From sequence record NC_135731.1: a stretch of DNA of 64,000 nt; one strand, written 5' to 3'. This document shows, one piece after another, positions 54,432 through 62,800 of the stretch (the stretch's first letter is position 1; every line of letters begins with the position of its first letter). A model generated the notes under the pieces. It searched no databases. It was not told where the DNA came from and saw only the letters and a list, made by a program, of their open reading frames with translations. Origin of the DNA: a phage. The position numbers and the translations under genes were made by a program.

Positions 54432-54764
54432 TTAAGGTAGCCAGTAAACAATCTCGCCTTTCAGCTTCATGTCGTTTCCAACATAAATTTGCCAGCCATC
54501 CATTTTAGCAACTGTAGGCCCAAAGTCATCCGCACCCCTTACCTCTTTCCAGGCTCCGTAGTCAGGTTGCCAGATATAGAATCCACCTTCTTTGTCCCAT
54601 GCTCCGTACACTACGTTCAACAGGTTTCCCATTGCAACAATGGTGGGCCGTGGGAATAATACATCTACAGATGCGCCACAATTTCGAGTATCTTTTAAGT
54701 TGCAATCCCAAAAGATGTCTGCCAGTGTGGCGGCGATAGCTTTACGTCTTTCTAGTGTTACCAT
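54432..54764 (-). CDS. hypothetical protein (110 aa)
   Basis: ORF in coupled array. Confidence 0.45.
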   Translation of the reverse strand: MVTLERRKAIAATLADIFWDCNLKDTRNCGASVDVLFPRPTIVAMGNLLNVVYGAWDKEGGFYIWQPDYGAWKEVRGADDFGPTVAKMDGWQIYVGNDMKLKGEIVYWLP

Positions 54765-54773
54765 ATATCATAC

Positions 54774-54965
54774 TCACTTGTTGTTAATAAGTTCTAAAAC
54801 TTTCTGTCTTACTTTGTCAAGGTCTGTTGATTCAAAAACTGTGCGATATCCCCAACTTTGCCCATAGGAGTGACTGCAATCACCGTAGCACCATTGCTCA
54901 ATTTGATAGTATTCAAGGAACGGGTGCTGTCTAACTATGATACCATCCCGGTTAAAAATTACCAT
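54774..54965 (-). CDS. hypothetical protein (63 aa)
   Basis: ORF. Confidence 0.4.
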   Translation of the reverse strand: MVIFNRDGIIVRQHPFLEYYQIEQWCYGDCSHSYGQSWGYRTVFESTDLDKVRQKVLELINNK

Positions 54966-55028
54966 AATACATCGCTCTCTTTTAGTTTATGCGTATACTA
55001 TACACTGCAGTTTTCAGATGTCAACCTC

Positions 55029-55223
55029 TTATAGATTGCTCCAGTACAATCGGCATTTACATTTTGGGCAATGAGGTTCTTTTATATAATAACCATCAGT
55101 CTTTGGAACACTTTTTGGTGCAGTTTTAAGATTGTACCGAGTAAAACACCGGAAGCAGGTTACCTCTCCGACTTGTTGATCGTTGATCCACTCGCCAGAG
55201 TAAAGCTCTTTCTTGTTTCTCAT
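55029..55223 (-). CDS. small zinc-ribbon protein (64 aa)
   Basis: CFRC...CPKCKC; ATG after GGGGAGAG RBS; ATGA overlap with upstream gene. Confidence 0.45.
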   Translation of the reverse strand: MRNKKELYSGEWINDQQVGEVTCFRCFTRYNLKTAPKSVPKTDGYYIKEPHCPKCKCRLYWSNL

Positions 55224-55420
55224 AATTCTCTCCCCAATCCTCTGCAATCTTCTACCAGAATCTCCAGCCAGAAAGCACAAGGGAACACTTTAAGGATTGA
55301 ATCTTTACTCGGTTCGGAAGTTCTTTTTCCGTATGGCAGGTAGAAATACCCTCCTGCAGATTCGAACACGGCCCCTTCGGTCGTATCTATCACAGCCAGA
55401 ATTAAGATTTTAGTCTCCAT
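55220..55420 (-). CDS. hypothetical protein (66 aa)
   Basis: ATGA-coupled ORF. Confidence 0.4.
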   Translation of the reverse strand: METKILILAVIDTTEGAVFESAGGYFYLPYGKRTSEPSKDSILKVFPCAFWLEILVEDCRGLGREL

Positions 55421-55473
55421 AGTGCTCCCTCTCTCAATCGTTGTGGTGACTATACCATCTCAAAAGTCAGCTG

Positions 55474-55932
55474 TCAACACTCTTTGTATTCCACCACGAT
55501 AATATCTATATCAAAAGTGGCAAGGTTAATAACGTCCTCTACGTGCTCCCACTTCAAACCGCCTATGCCGCACCCGATTTTGGGGACGTAGAATGGTAAA
55601 GTCGATCCACCGAATACCTTATTGACCAGCTCAAAGCCTTTCAGGATTGAGAAATATTCAGCATTAGGCCCTGGGTAGAACTGAGTATACAGATTGATTC
55701 CGTAGACAATACCTCCCGGAGATAAGTGCTCCCATCGGGAGAACGCACCTAGTTTACTTAGGCAACCGTGCCTCGTCTCTTTGTCGGCTGCCAATGCTTG
55801 AGGGAACTCACTGGCAATCTGTTTTGCTATACCCTTACCCATTGTGTGGAAGCAGTTACAACCGTGGATCAGGTGACCAGCACCGCTCTTAAAAAGGGAG
55901 ATTAAATCTCCCTCTACAGTATCAATAATCAC
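55474..55932 (-). CDS. Macro-domain-like protein (putative ADP-ribose binding/processing)
   Basis: HGCNCFHTMGKGIAKQIA and GCGIGG glycine-rich motifs resembling phage macro-domain family. Confidence 0.45.
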   Translation of the reverse strand: MIIDTVEGDLISLFKSGAGHLIHGCNCFHTMGKGIAKQIASEFPQALAADKETRHGCLSKLGAFSRWEHLSPGGIVYGINLYTQFYPGPNAEYFSILKGFELVNKVFGGSTLPFYVPKIGCGIGGLKWEHVEDVINLATFDIDIIVVEYKEC

Positions 55933-56347
55933 GGTGTGCTAGCTCCTCTTCCGCAATTTCAAAAAACTCATCCCAACCTTGTGGCATATTTGAGTTGCCG
56001 AAGTGGCTTTCATAGTAAAGGTTCTCACCACTTGGAAGATAGAAATCTGTTACCTCGTAGAATCCACAATCGTCGCACTCGCCTTCTTCAAACTTGGCCT
56101 CAACCTTAATACCGAGGAAGGTGAAAAGTTTATGTATATCTTCAGTTTCGAACTCCCAGTGAATGTTGTTTTCCGCATCGGTGTAGAACTGGATCAGCAG
56201 ACCATTGTCCAGTTTACCAAAATACTCTGTGAAGTAACTCCCTTCCCAGAAATCTTTATGACAAATAATATCCATGCGCTTACCCATAATAATGGTGTGA
56301 GCGTTTTGGGCATCGTCATGAATCAGTTTTGGCATTTCATAGATCAT
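55922..56347 (-). CDS. hypothetical acidic protein (141 aa)
   Basis: ORF with GGAGAA RBS. Confidence 0.5.
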   Translation of the reverse strand: MIYEMPKLIHDDAQNAHTIIMGKRMDIICHKDFWEGSYFTEYFGKLDNGLLIQFYTDAENNIHWEFETEDIHKLFTFLGIKVEAKFEEGECDDCGFYEVTDFYLPSGENLYYESHFGNSNMPQGWDEFFEIAEEELAHRDY

Positions 56348-56415
56348 CTTAGTTCTCCGGGTTCAACAGGTGGTGGTGCTACAGGAAGATCATAAAACAT
56401 AGCTATCACAGTCTC

Positions 56416-56613
56416 TTACACAGGAATTGCTTCAAACAGGCCGTTATCTATACCGTCCTTCAGATAGAGATTATATTCTATGTCGGTATCTGTATAAAGG
56501 GCAGCATCCAGCATTCTATCTGTGAGTCCATCCATTGGGTGGAGAAACCACCACCCACGCCAGTCAAAGTAACAACCTGGTGCATCTTCTCTTACACGGA
56601 TTCGATAAATCAT
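56416..56613 (-). CDS. hypothetical protein (65 aa)
   Basis: ORF with AGGAGG RBS. Confidence 0.45.
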   Translation of the reverse strand: MIYRIRVREDAPGCYFDWRGWWFLHPMDGLTDRMLDAALYTDTDIEYNLYLKDGIDNGLFEAIPV

Positions 56614-56708
56614 GGGTAGTGGCCTCCTGTTAGTTATACATCCCAGTTTTCTTCGTTCATCGCGTCCTCCAGCCTATGAAGTTATAATTGCACACCTTTC
56701 AACCTGTG

Positions 56709-57125
56709 TCAACAGAAAACTTCAACAAACTCTTCCACAGTTTTAATGTCGTGGGAAAAAGGTTTACGGCTATAACGGGCAATAGCACTATCAACCACCG
56801 CCCGGTACTCCAAATCTTCAGAATATTTCATGAAGCATTGCAGTGTTTCTGGACAGATAGCTAGATAGCTCCACCACCCTTCATCAGATTGATAGTCAAA
56901 GCCCATGCTCTCCAACCATGAAGCATATACTCCAGCACCCTCAAGCCAGTGGGTATTTTCATCCAGAAACTTGTTAACAGACATGTGAGCTTCTAAGCAC
57001 TTGTCCAGCTCTTTTCCGTTAACCAGCCACGCACTGACTGTGGCACATCCAAGGTCTACAGATTGAGTTGACAGGTTGTATTGGTCATAGTTCTCAGGTT
57101 TAACAATGATATCTTCTAATGTCAT
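56709..57125 (-). CDS. hypothetical protein (138 aa)
   Basis: ORF with AAGGAGA RBS. Confidence 0.5.
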   Translation of the reverse strand: MTLEDIIVKPENYDQYNLSTQSVDLGCATVSAWLVNGKELDKCLEAHMSVNKFLDENTHWLEGAGVYASWLESMGFDYQSDEGWWSYLAICPETLQCFMKYSEDLEYRAVVDSAIARYSRKPFSHDIKTVEEFVEVFC

Positions 57126-57187
57126 TTTTCAGATCTCCTTATACAAAAATGCCCCACCCTTTCGGGCAGGGCTATGTTAACTAGATG

Positions 57188-58414
57188 TTAGAAGGGGATG
57201 TCATCATCAAAGGCGTACTGTGCTGGATTCTGATCCATCGGGTCGTCTTCCCCATCATTTACAGGAGGAGCGTCTACAGTGTTTTGCTGTGGAGCTGCTT
57301 CCTGTTTGGCAGCCTGAGGTTCTTGATGGTCAGTTGACCCAGCACCGTTCTTGATCCAATCGTACAACGGCTCAGCCAGATTAGTCAACACATCTTTTGC
57401 TTCTGCAGTAATTGCCGCTGCAAAATCATCAACTTTCGTTTTCTTGTCAATACGGCGACAAGCGTTCAACACCGCATTACCGACACTGGCACCTACTTCA
57501 TCTTCAGTTCGGTTGGTGGCTTGAGCATACTCTTTCTTAAGCTCAATGGTGACTACGTGCAGTGCTTTAGCCACACCTAGTGGGTCGTCTACCTTAAAAC
57601 CGCGATCCAGGATGATTTGCAACGCATTGATGCTATGCCCCGTCTCCACACCAATAGGGTCGTAAGAGGATTTACGCTTGCCACCAGAGCCTTGAGTGCC
57701 GTTCTCTGCCTTAGGTGGGTAGGCTTTGAAACCACTGATAATGTTTCCGGTGTCTTTGTCAACAATGGCTGCAACACGACCACCTACCACCAGGTCTTTA
57801 AGCTGCTCATCAGTGACAACCATAGCACCTTCGCCAATCTTGTGGTCATTAACAGTAACCACGTTGCCAACAATCTGAGTCACATCGCCATAGATGCGTA
57901 AAACGTCCTGATTGGCATTCTGCTGAGGTTTCTGCTTCTGGCCTTGTGATTGTGCACCTTGTTGCTGTTTTTGCTGCTGAGTCGCTGCTGGAGCCTCTCC
58001 TGCACCCAGCTTAACCATCTTAGCCAGTGAGCCTTTGTAATAGGTCTTACCGTTATGCTCGTTTGCCTTCAAAGGGATATTTACGATCCATCCTGGCGTT
58101 ACGGTTTCCCACTTGTCATCAATCTTAACAGAGACAGAGTCTTGATGACCAGGTTTAAGCAGCTTATCACCCATACTGATCCAGACTTCTTCACCGCCTT
58201 GGAGCAGGTTATCAGAGGAGTCCAGTTCAGAAATCAGCAAAGAGATGGTGTGGCTGGATTCAATTTTCTTACCTTGCCACACGGTGGTTTTAATACCTGT
58301 TGCAGGATCAGCTCCTTTAATAGGTTTGATGCTAACACGCTTGATCATACCGTGAGCCAGTAAGACAGTTTCACGCGGATTCATCGGGTTAGCAAATTGT
58401 TGAATAACGCTCAT
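57188..58414 (-). CDS. ssb: Single-stranded DNA-binding protein-like (C-terminal DDDIPF tip)
   Basis: C-terminus ends DDDIPF exactly like bacterial SSB; Gln-rich low-complexity linker; 408 aa. Confidence 0.55.
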   Translation of the reverse strand: MSVIQQFANPMNPRETVLLAHGMIKRVSIKPIKGADPATGIKTTVWQGKKIESSHTISLLISELDSSDNLLQGGEEVWISMGDKLLKPGHQDSVSVKIDDKWETVTPGWIVNIPLKANEHNGKTYYKGSLAKMVKLGAGEAPAATQQQKQQQGAQSQGQKQKPQQNANQDVLRIYGDVTQIVGNVVTVNDHKIGEGAMVVTDEQLKDLVVGGRVAAIVDKDTGNIISGFKAYPPKAENGTQGSGGKRKSSYDPIGVETGHSINALQIILDRGFKVDDPLGVAKALHVVTIELKKEYAQATNRTEDEVGASVGNAVLNACRRIDKKTKVDDFAAAITAEAKDVLTNLAEPLYDWIKNGAGSTDHQEPQAAKQEAAPQQNTVDAPPVNDGEDDPMDQNPAQYAFDDDIPF

Positions 58415-58779
58415 TATTTATCTCCTTGTTCTTCGTTAGTGTTTGCCGTGTGTGCAAACCCTGCTTGAATTAATTTGTCCTGAACTTGAGCCAATAGGCC
58501 CATTGCAAAACTTGTGGTCCCAGAGAGGGCCATTAGCATATCTCGTTGTTGAGCTACCCAACCTAAGGCATAGTCCAAACGACGATATTTTTCTTCTTCG
58601 CGCAGAGCCTGAAATAATTGTTCAGCCTCCGGTTGTTGTGTGAGCTCCTGAAGTCTTCCCATGAAAGAAGAAAGCACTAGCAAAAGAGACACTTGATCTT
58701 TACTTAACCCTAAGAAAAATTCTTGAGGTTGTTCTTGCTCGTTCATCGCAACCGACTCTTGATCGTTCATTTGTTCCAT
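58414..58779 (-). CDS. hypothetical acidic protein (121 aa)
   Basis: ORF; overlaps ssb start. Confidence 0.45.
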   Translation of the reverse strand: MEQMNDQESVAMNEQEQPQEFFLGLSKDQVSLLLVLSSFMGRLQELTQQPEAEQLFQALREEEKYRRLDYALGWVAQQRDMLMALSGTTSFAMGLLAQVQDKLIQAGFAHTANTNEEQGDK

Positions 58780-58862
58780 TATGGAATCTCCGATTTTATT
58801 TGAACAACATAGAAGGAGACACTATTTTAGCATCCCCTTCTGTAAATTACAATAGGTATTTG

Positions 58863-59108
58863 TTAGCCAATCACTTCGAAAGTTCCCCAATTCCCGTCCA
58901 GCAGGCAGGTGATCGGGTCCCCATCGTCGTCAAAGATTTCAAAGTTCTCAGCATCCAGGATGTGGCCCTCAAACACAATACTTTCGTCGCCACCACCAGA
59001 AATAACAGCGTATTCCTTACCTTGAGTCAAGTTTTGACACCCTTTGCCACCAAAACCTACTTCAACACAACGTACTTTCTGTCCTGCGCGAGCAACTGCT
59101 TCAATCAT
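58863..59108 (-). CDS. hypothetical protein (81 aa)
   Basis: ORF with GGAGA RBS. Confidence 0.45.
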   Translation of the reverse strand: MIEAVARAGQKVRCVEVGFGGKGCQNLTQGKEYAVISGGGDESIVFEGHILDAENFEIFDDDGDPITCLLDGNWGTFEVIG

Positions 59109-59125
59109 CTTAAGGTCTCCTGATA

Positions 59126-59446
59126 TTAATCTTCAAGTTCAAAATAGATTTTAACAGCTTCATCGAAGATTGGAACCCCGATGTTGTTGATAAGCTGCCA
59201 AACTACCATATCTTTACCTGGATCTGGGAGAATGTCAACCTTTCTCCATGCGCTGTATACCCAGTTCGGACCGCCTTCTGCACTAACTGGCAGATTTTCA
59301 CCAGCTTCTTGTAGATACTTATACAGCAAAAGATATTCTGGATACTCTAGAACACTGTCCTCTGTAGTATATAGTAGTTCACGGTATACTTTTAAGAATC
59401 CTGCTGGGGTGATGTTTTCAGTCTTCATTTGCTGCTTCTCCTGCAT
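59126..59446 (-). CDS. hypothetical protein (106 aa)
   Basis: ORF with GGAGAAG RBS. Confidence 0.45.
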   Translation of the reverse strand: MQEKQQMKTENITPAGFLKVYRELLYTTEDSVLEYPEYLLLYKYLQEAGENLPVSAEGGPNWVYSAWRKVDILPDPGKDMVVWQLINNIGVPIFDEAVKIYFELED

Positions 59447-59810
59447 TCATCAGATCTGCCATAGCGTCGCCCGCGAAGAGAACAACCACATCGTTGACCG
59501 CGTCAGCATCATCTTTGTTGACGTTGCTGAATTTAGGACACACAGCAATAATCATATAGACACCGTTACCCACCTGAACTGTCCGTGTGGTGCACATCAT
59601 GGCTGTATTTGTACCTTCTTTGAAAGCGAATCCTTGAAGACGCTCCTCCAAAGTGTTACCAGTAGATTTCAGAAGTGCCAGCTCGTCCAATGCATAGATG
59701 ATATCTCCGGAAGTTAGTGTTGCCTTGCCATCAGACACCATAATCACTCCATCAGCACCATCAAGCTTAGAGGCTTTAAAGATATCAATATCCCAAATAT
59801 TTTTCATCAC
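59418..59810 (-). CDS. hypothetical protein (130 aa)
   Basis: ORF with GAGGAAG RBS. Confidence 0.45.
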   Translation of the reverse strand: MMKNIWDIDIFKASKLDGADGVIMVSDGKATLTSGDIIYALDELALLKSTGNTLEERLQGFAFKEGTNTAMMCTTRTVQVGNGVYMIIAVCPKFSNVNKDDADAVNDVVVLFAGDAMADLMNAGEAANED

Positions 59811-60139
59811 GCTTCCTCATCATCTAAGTAATCATCAAGAGAGGTGAAGATTTCACCGAAGTATTCTAAGATTTCTAGCTCACGTGTGGTGCAGCAAACA
59901 TAATCGCCTTGGTCGTCCTTAATAGTTGCCTCTTTACCCAGAATATCTACTTCAAGTTCATCGTTCAACAGGACGGCCCCTGTGTAAACTTTGTCAGCTG
60001 TGCAGTCCCGAAAAGCAGAGTCTTTCTCCAGATAGTCTGGCTTAACCTTGGCTTTAATTCGTTGATATTGTTTGGTCATTGCTGTGGTCCCCTTTCGTTT
60101 TGATAGGGCCATTATATTAGGCCCCATCACTGTTGTCAA
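59807..60139 (-). CDS. hypothetical acidic protein, paralog of 60143-60397
   Basis: Shares AFRDCT...DDQGDYVCCT pattern with neighbour (AFKDCT...DDEGDSVWCT). Confidence 0.5.
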   Translation of the reverse strand: MTTVMGPNIMALSKRKGTTAMTKQYQRIKAKVKPDYLEKDSAFRDCTADKVYTGAVLLNDELEVDILGKEATIKDDQGDYVCCTTRELEILEYFGEIFTSLDDYLDDEEA

Positions 60140-60142
60140 GTA

Positions 60143-60397
60143 TTAATGTTCAGGTTTTACAAAAACTACTTCATTAACAGTGCACCAGACAGAGTCTCCT
60201 TCATCATCTTTAAAGGTAAGGCACTGTGCTGAGTTTTCCAGCTCATCAATCTCTTCTTGTGATAAAGGGGCCCCTTCTTCCAAAAGGGCTTTTACCAAAG
60301 GGTTCTCACAAAACTCTGCTTCATAAATAGTGCCAAGTGTGCAATCTTTAAAAGCTCGGTCGTTTGCAACGCATTCTGGTTTCAACATGATTTTCAT
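60143..60397 (-). CDS. hypothetical acidic protein, paralog of 59807-60139
   Basis: Paralog similarity; GGAGACC RBS. Confidence 0.5.
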   Translation of the reverse strand: MKIMLKPECVANDRAFKDCTLGTIYEAEFCENPLVKALLEEGAPLSQEEIDELENSAQCLTFKDDEGDSVWCTVNEVVFVKPEH

Positions 60398-60473
60398 CTT
60401 GGAGGTCTCCTTAATTATTTAACAATCAATACTCTGTTTGTGGGGAGTATCTTACATCTAACCTTACTTCTTG

Positions 60474-60872
60474 TCAACGACTATTTTCAATCATCCACCA
60501 AGGATCAAGGTAGGTTTGTTGACTTTTTGCCCACTGGCAAACATCTTCGTACATCTGAATCTCTTTGTCCGTCAGTTCACGAATAGGCTCATCTATACCC
60601 TCATTTTTGTGGTAATCCCAGTCGGCATCGATCTCCCACAACCACGACTTGTTGTCACCACGCTTACGCACACAGAAGTCACCGGGACGGCCTGCCAATG
60701 CATTTAAGAACTCGTTCTCCGCTCGCTCCTGAAGAATACTAAGGAGCAAAACGTTGGAGCATGACCGTAAAATATGCTTCAGCTCACAATCATCAATCTC
60801 AACTTCAATACGTTGTTTGACTGTGTGGGTACCTTTTACTAACATCCTACCTCCTCTAAACGAACTCTGCAA
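60474..60872 (-). CDS. hypothetical protein (132 aa)
   Basis: ORF with GAGGAGG RBS. Confidence 0.45.
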   Translation of the reverse strand: MQSSFRGGRMLVKGTHTVKQRIEVEIDDCELKHILRSCSNVLLLSILQERAENEFLNALAGRPGDFCVRKRGDNKSWLWEIDADWDYHKNEGIDEPIRELTDKEIQMYEDVCQWAKSQQTYLDPWWMIENSR

Positions 60873-61050
60873 GAGTTGTGTTGTTCACTGCACCGCAGTA
60901 AATGGAGTATCCCAGCCCATTAGAGTGCAGAAACCACGGCGTGCCGAAATTATCTTTCACGTAGACATCGCCGTTGTTTGTAAAGGGCCAATATTCTTCA
61001 CCAAGGGTAAAATACCTATTCATACCTTCAGCAAGATACTTTACTTTCAT
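60856..61050 (-). CDS. hypothetical protein (64 aa)
   Basis: ORF with GAAGAGG RBS. Confidence 0.4.
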   Translation of the reverse strand: MKVKYLAEGMNRYFTLGEEYWPFTNNGDVYVKDNFGTPWFLHSNGLGYSIYCGAVNNTTLAEFV

Positions 61051-61274
61051 AGGTCCTCTTCAACAACTACAAACTTGGCAAGCAAAGTGGTTCCGTAGAT
61101 ATGATACTCACCGTTTGCCAGGTGAGAGATATACCAGTCAACCCCTTCCTCGTCTTTAATCATTTTGTTTGCACGAGCTTTATCGTAATAAACCTCGTAG
61201 GTCTTTCCTTCTTTAAAGAATGACAGGTCTGTCATCTTTTCTTCTACAAAAGTAGCTTTAACCAAAGTTGTCAT
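61047..61274 (-). CDS. hypothetical protein (75 aa)
   Basis: ORF with AGGAGA RBS. Confidence 0.45.
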   Translation of the reverse strand: MTTLVKATFVEEKMTDLSFFKEGKTYEVYYDKARANKMIKDEEGVDWYISHLANGEYHIYGTTLLAKFVVVEEDL

Positions 61275-61645
61275 TGATCGGTCTCCTTCTTGTTAAGTCT
61301 GAATACTGCAATAATAGCATTCCCAAGGTGCAGTGTCAAATCATTTCCAAGATACCACAACATTCCACGGTCATCTTTAATGAAAGGGTAACAATCCGGT
61401 GCCTTCCAGACATTGTACACTTTCCCAACCTGAAAGAAATCAGGCCCTGTTGGGATTTTGGTGCCAGGCCACACTTGAGATACCTGAACACACTCCACCT
61501 GCATAATAACAGGAATAGTCATGGATGTAAATGTTTTTGTTGGTTCTACTACCATAAAAGTCTCCTCTTTGCTTAACAGCACCTCCCTGTGCTGATAGTT
61601 TACATTAGTGACAATCACCCCAGTTACTACCACACAAGTATTCAC
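61271..61645 (-). CDS. hypothetical protein (124 aa)
   Basis: ORF with GGAGG RBS. Confidence 0.45.
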   Translation of the reverse strand: MNTCVVVTGVIVTNVNYQHREVLLSKEETFMVVEPTKTFTSMTIPVIMQVECVQVSQVWPGTKIPTGPDFFQVGKVYNVWKAPDCYPFIKDDRGMLWYLGNDLTLHLGNAIIAVFRLNKKETDQ

Positions 61646-61958
61646 CTGTGATCTGGAACGGGACTCCCATCATTTTAGAAGCTTGCCAGAAGCAATGTAC
61701 CACCATCTCGCCCACAGGGCTCCAGATAAGTTCAAGCTTTCCGTCATCGTTCAGGATAGGATCGTACACCGTGTTTCCGTCTCTGTCAACCACTTCGTTT
61801 CCGTTTTCATCCTTGCGTGCCTTTTTGTACTTATGACCGTCGAACACATGAAGTTTGGCCTCCTGCTCTGCCTTAAATGCTTCCAATTCTTCAATTGTGT
61901 CGAAGGTGTACACAGTCTTATACTTAGGCGTGTCAGGGACTTGAAGTTGGTACTCATC
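61605..61958 (-). CDS. DNA polymerase (family A, T7-like), 3' exon
   Basis: Begins DEYQLQV completing motif C (YYH|DEYQLQV vs T7 WVHDEIQV) and ends GSNWGDCH (T7 ends GPNWAICH); preceded by intron terminal G at 61959; no ATG needed. Confidence 0.7.
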   Translation of the reverse strand, partial: DEYQLQVPDTPKYKTVYTFDTIEELEAFKAEQEAKLHVFDGHKYKKARKDENGNEVVDRDGNTVYDPILNDDGKLELIWSPVGEMVVHCFWQASKMMGVPFQITGEYLCGSNWGDCH

Positions 61959-62800
61959 CAATAGTTCAGGTAGGTCGTTAAGCTACCCCGCACCATTACG
62001 TGCACAGCCATACAGTTTCCTGTATGGATCGGACTATCTCACTACCTTGTTACCAAGGCACCTCCCATTTCGACCGCACTTGCTGGCCTACTCTACTCGC
62101 TTCTTCGCACCAATTTATGTTGGCGCTATGCTTTCGATAGTCTCTGAACGTTACTACCAGGTGTAGTTTTTAGAGATATGTTTCCACTGTCTTCTTTGCT
62201 TTATGGCTCTGACCGTCTCATAAGGATATCCAAGATCCCTAATCTCGCATTGTCGTAGACCACTCTGTAACAGTTCGCAAATCTCCGTTACCTCATCCTC
62301 GGTCAGTACAGCGTTGGCATTATACTCACCGACTGGCCTTACTCTGAGGTCATTATCATAAGCGTGTTTGATATTTCCACCAGGGGTGGTCCATTCAAGG
62401 TTCCAGTATGCATTGTTGTATTTGTTTCCGTCCTTATGGTTCACCCATGTGAGCCTTTCAGGATCAGGGTTTGATACAAAGCATTCAGCAACCAAGTGGT
62501 GGACACCTTTTGTGCACTGCTTCCCCTCGATGAACATGGTTACGCAAAGGTAACCTCGACCATTATCAAAACAAAACATTGTTGTATGATCACGTTTCGA
62601 TAAAGGTATTGTTCCATCATCAAACACGGTATATCCGTGATAATCAACTGATCTAGCCATTTTAACTACACCCCTTTAGTCTTCGCTGCGGATTAGCATA
62701 TTGAGCTTTTACCATATTTAGGTGTAAAAGTCAACTTAGCCTTCCCGTCAATTAAAGAGGTTTTCGACGTGCATCACTGCACGAAGCCACAATGTTATTT
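61959..62800 (-). mobile_element. Group I intron in DNA polymerase gene carrying an HNH homing endonuclease gene
   Basis: 5' splice site after U of CAT (His); IGS GTGG 10 nt downstream; P10 GAT/ATT; terminal G; shares GAGATAGTC plus GAAA-tetraloop hairpin and GACTAAAGG elements with the nrdD intron. Confidence 0.7.
62154..62660 (-). CDS. HNH homing endonuclease (intron-encoded)
   Basis: VNHKDGNKYNNAYWNLEW HNH_3-type motif, paralogous to the nrdD intron endonuclease. Confidence 0.8.
   Translation of the reverse strand: MARSVDYHGYTVFDDGTIPLSKRDHTTMFCFDNGRGYLCVTMFIEGKQCTKGVHHLVAECFVSNPDPERLTWVNHKDGNKYNNAYWNLEWTTPGGNIKHAYDNDLRVRPVGEYNANAVLTEDEVTEICELLQSGLRQCEIRDLGYPYETVRAIKQRRQWKHISKNYTW

Noticed and set aside
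55290-55400. Possible tRNA gene (TTCGAA-containing segment) and tRNAs in the non-coding islands
   Set aside because: The GTGTTCGAATCTG segment lacks complementary T-stem arms and lies inside coding ORFs; manual inspection of 40.05-42.55 kb and 52.56-53.66 kb found no cloverleaf-compatible sequence. A tRNAscan-type search was not possible, so low-scoring tRNAs cannot be excluded.
61605-61961. ORF-track ORF called as an independent 118-aa protein with TTG start
   Set aside because: No ATG; the frame is the continuation of the DNA polymerase after intron removal (restores motif C and the conserved NW..CH C-terminus), so it is annotated as a polymerase exon starting at 61958.
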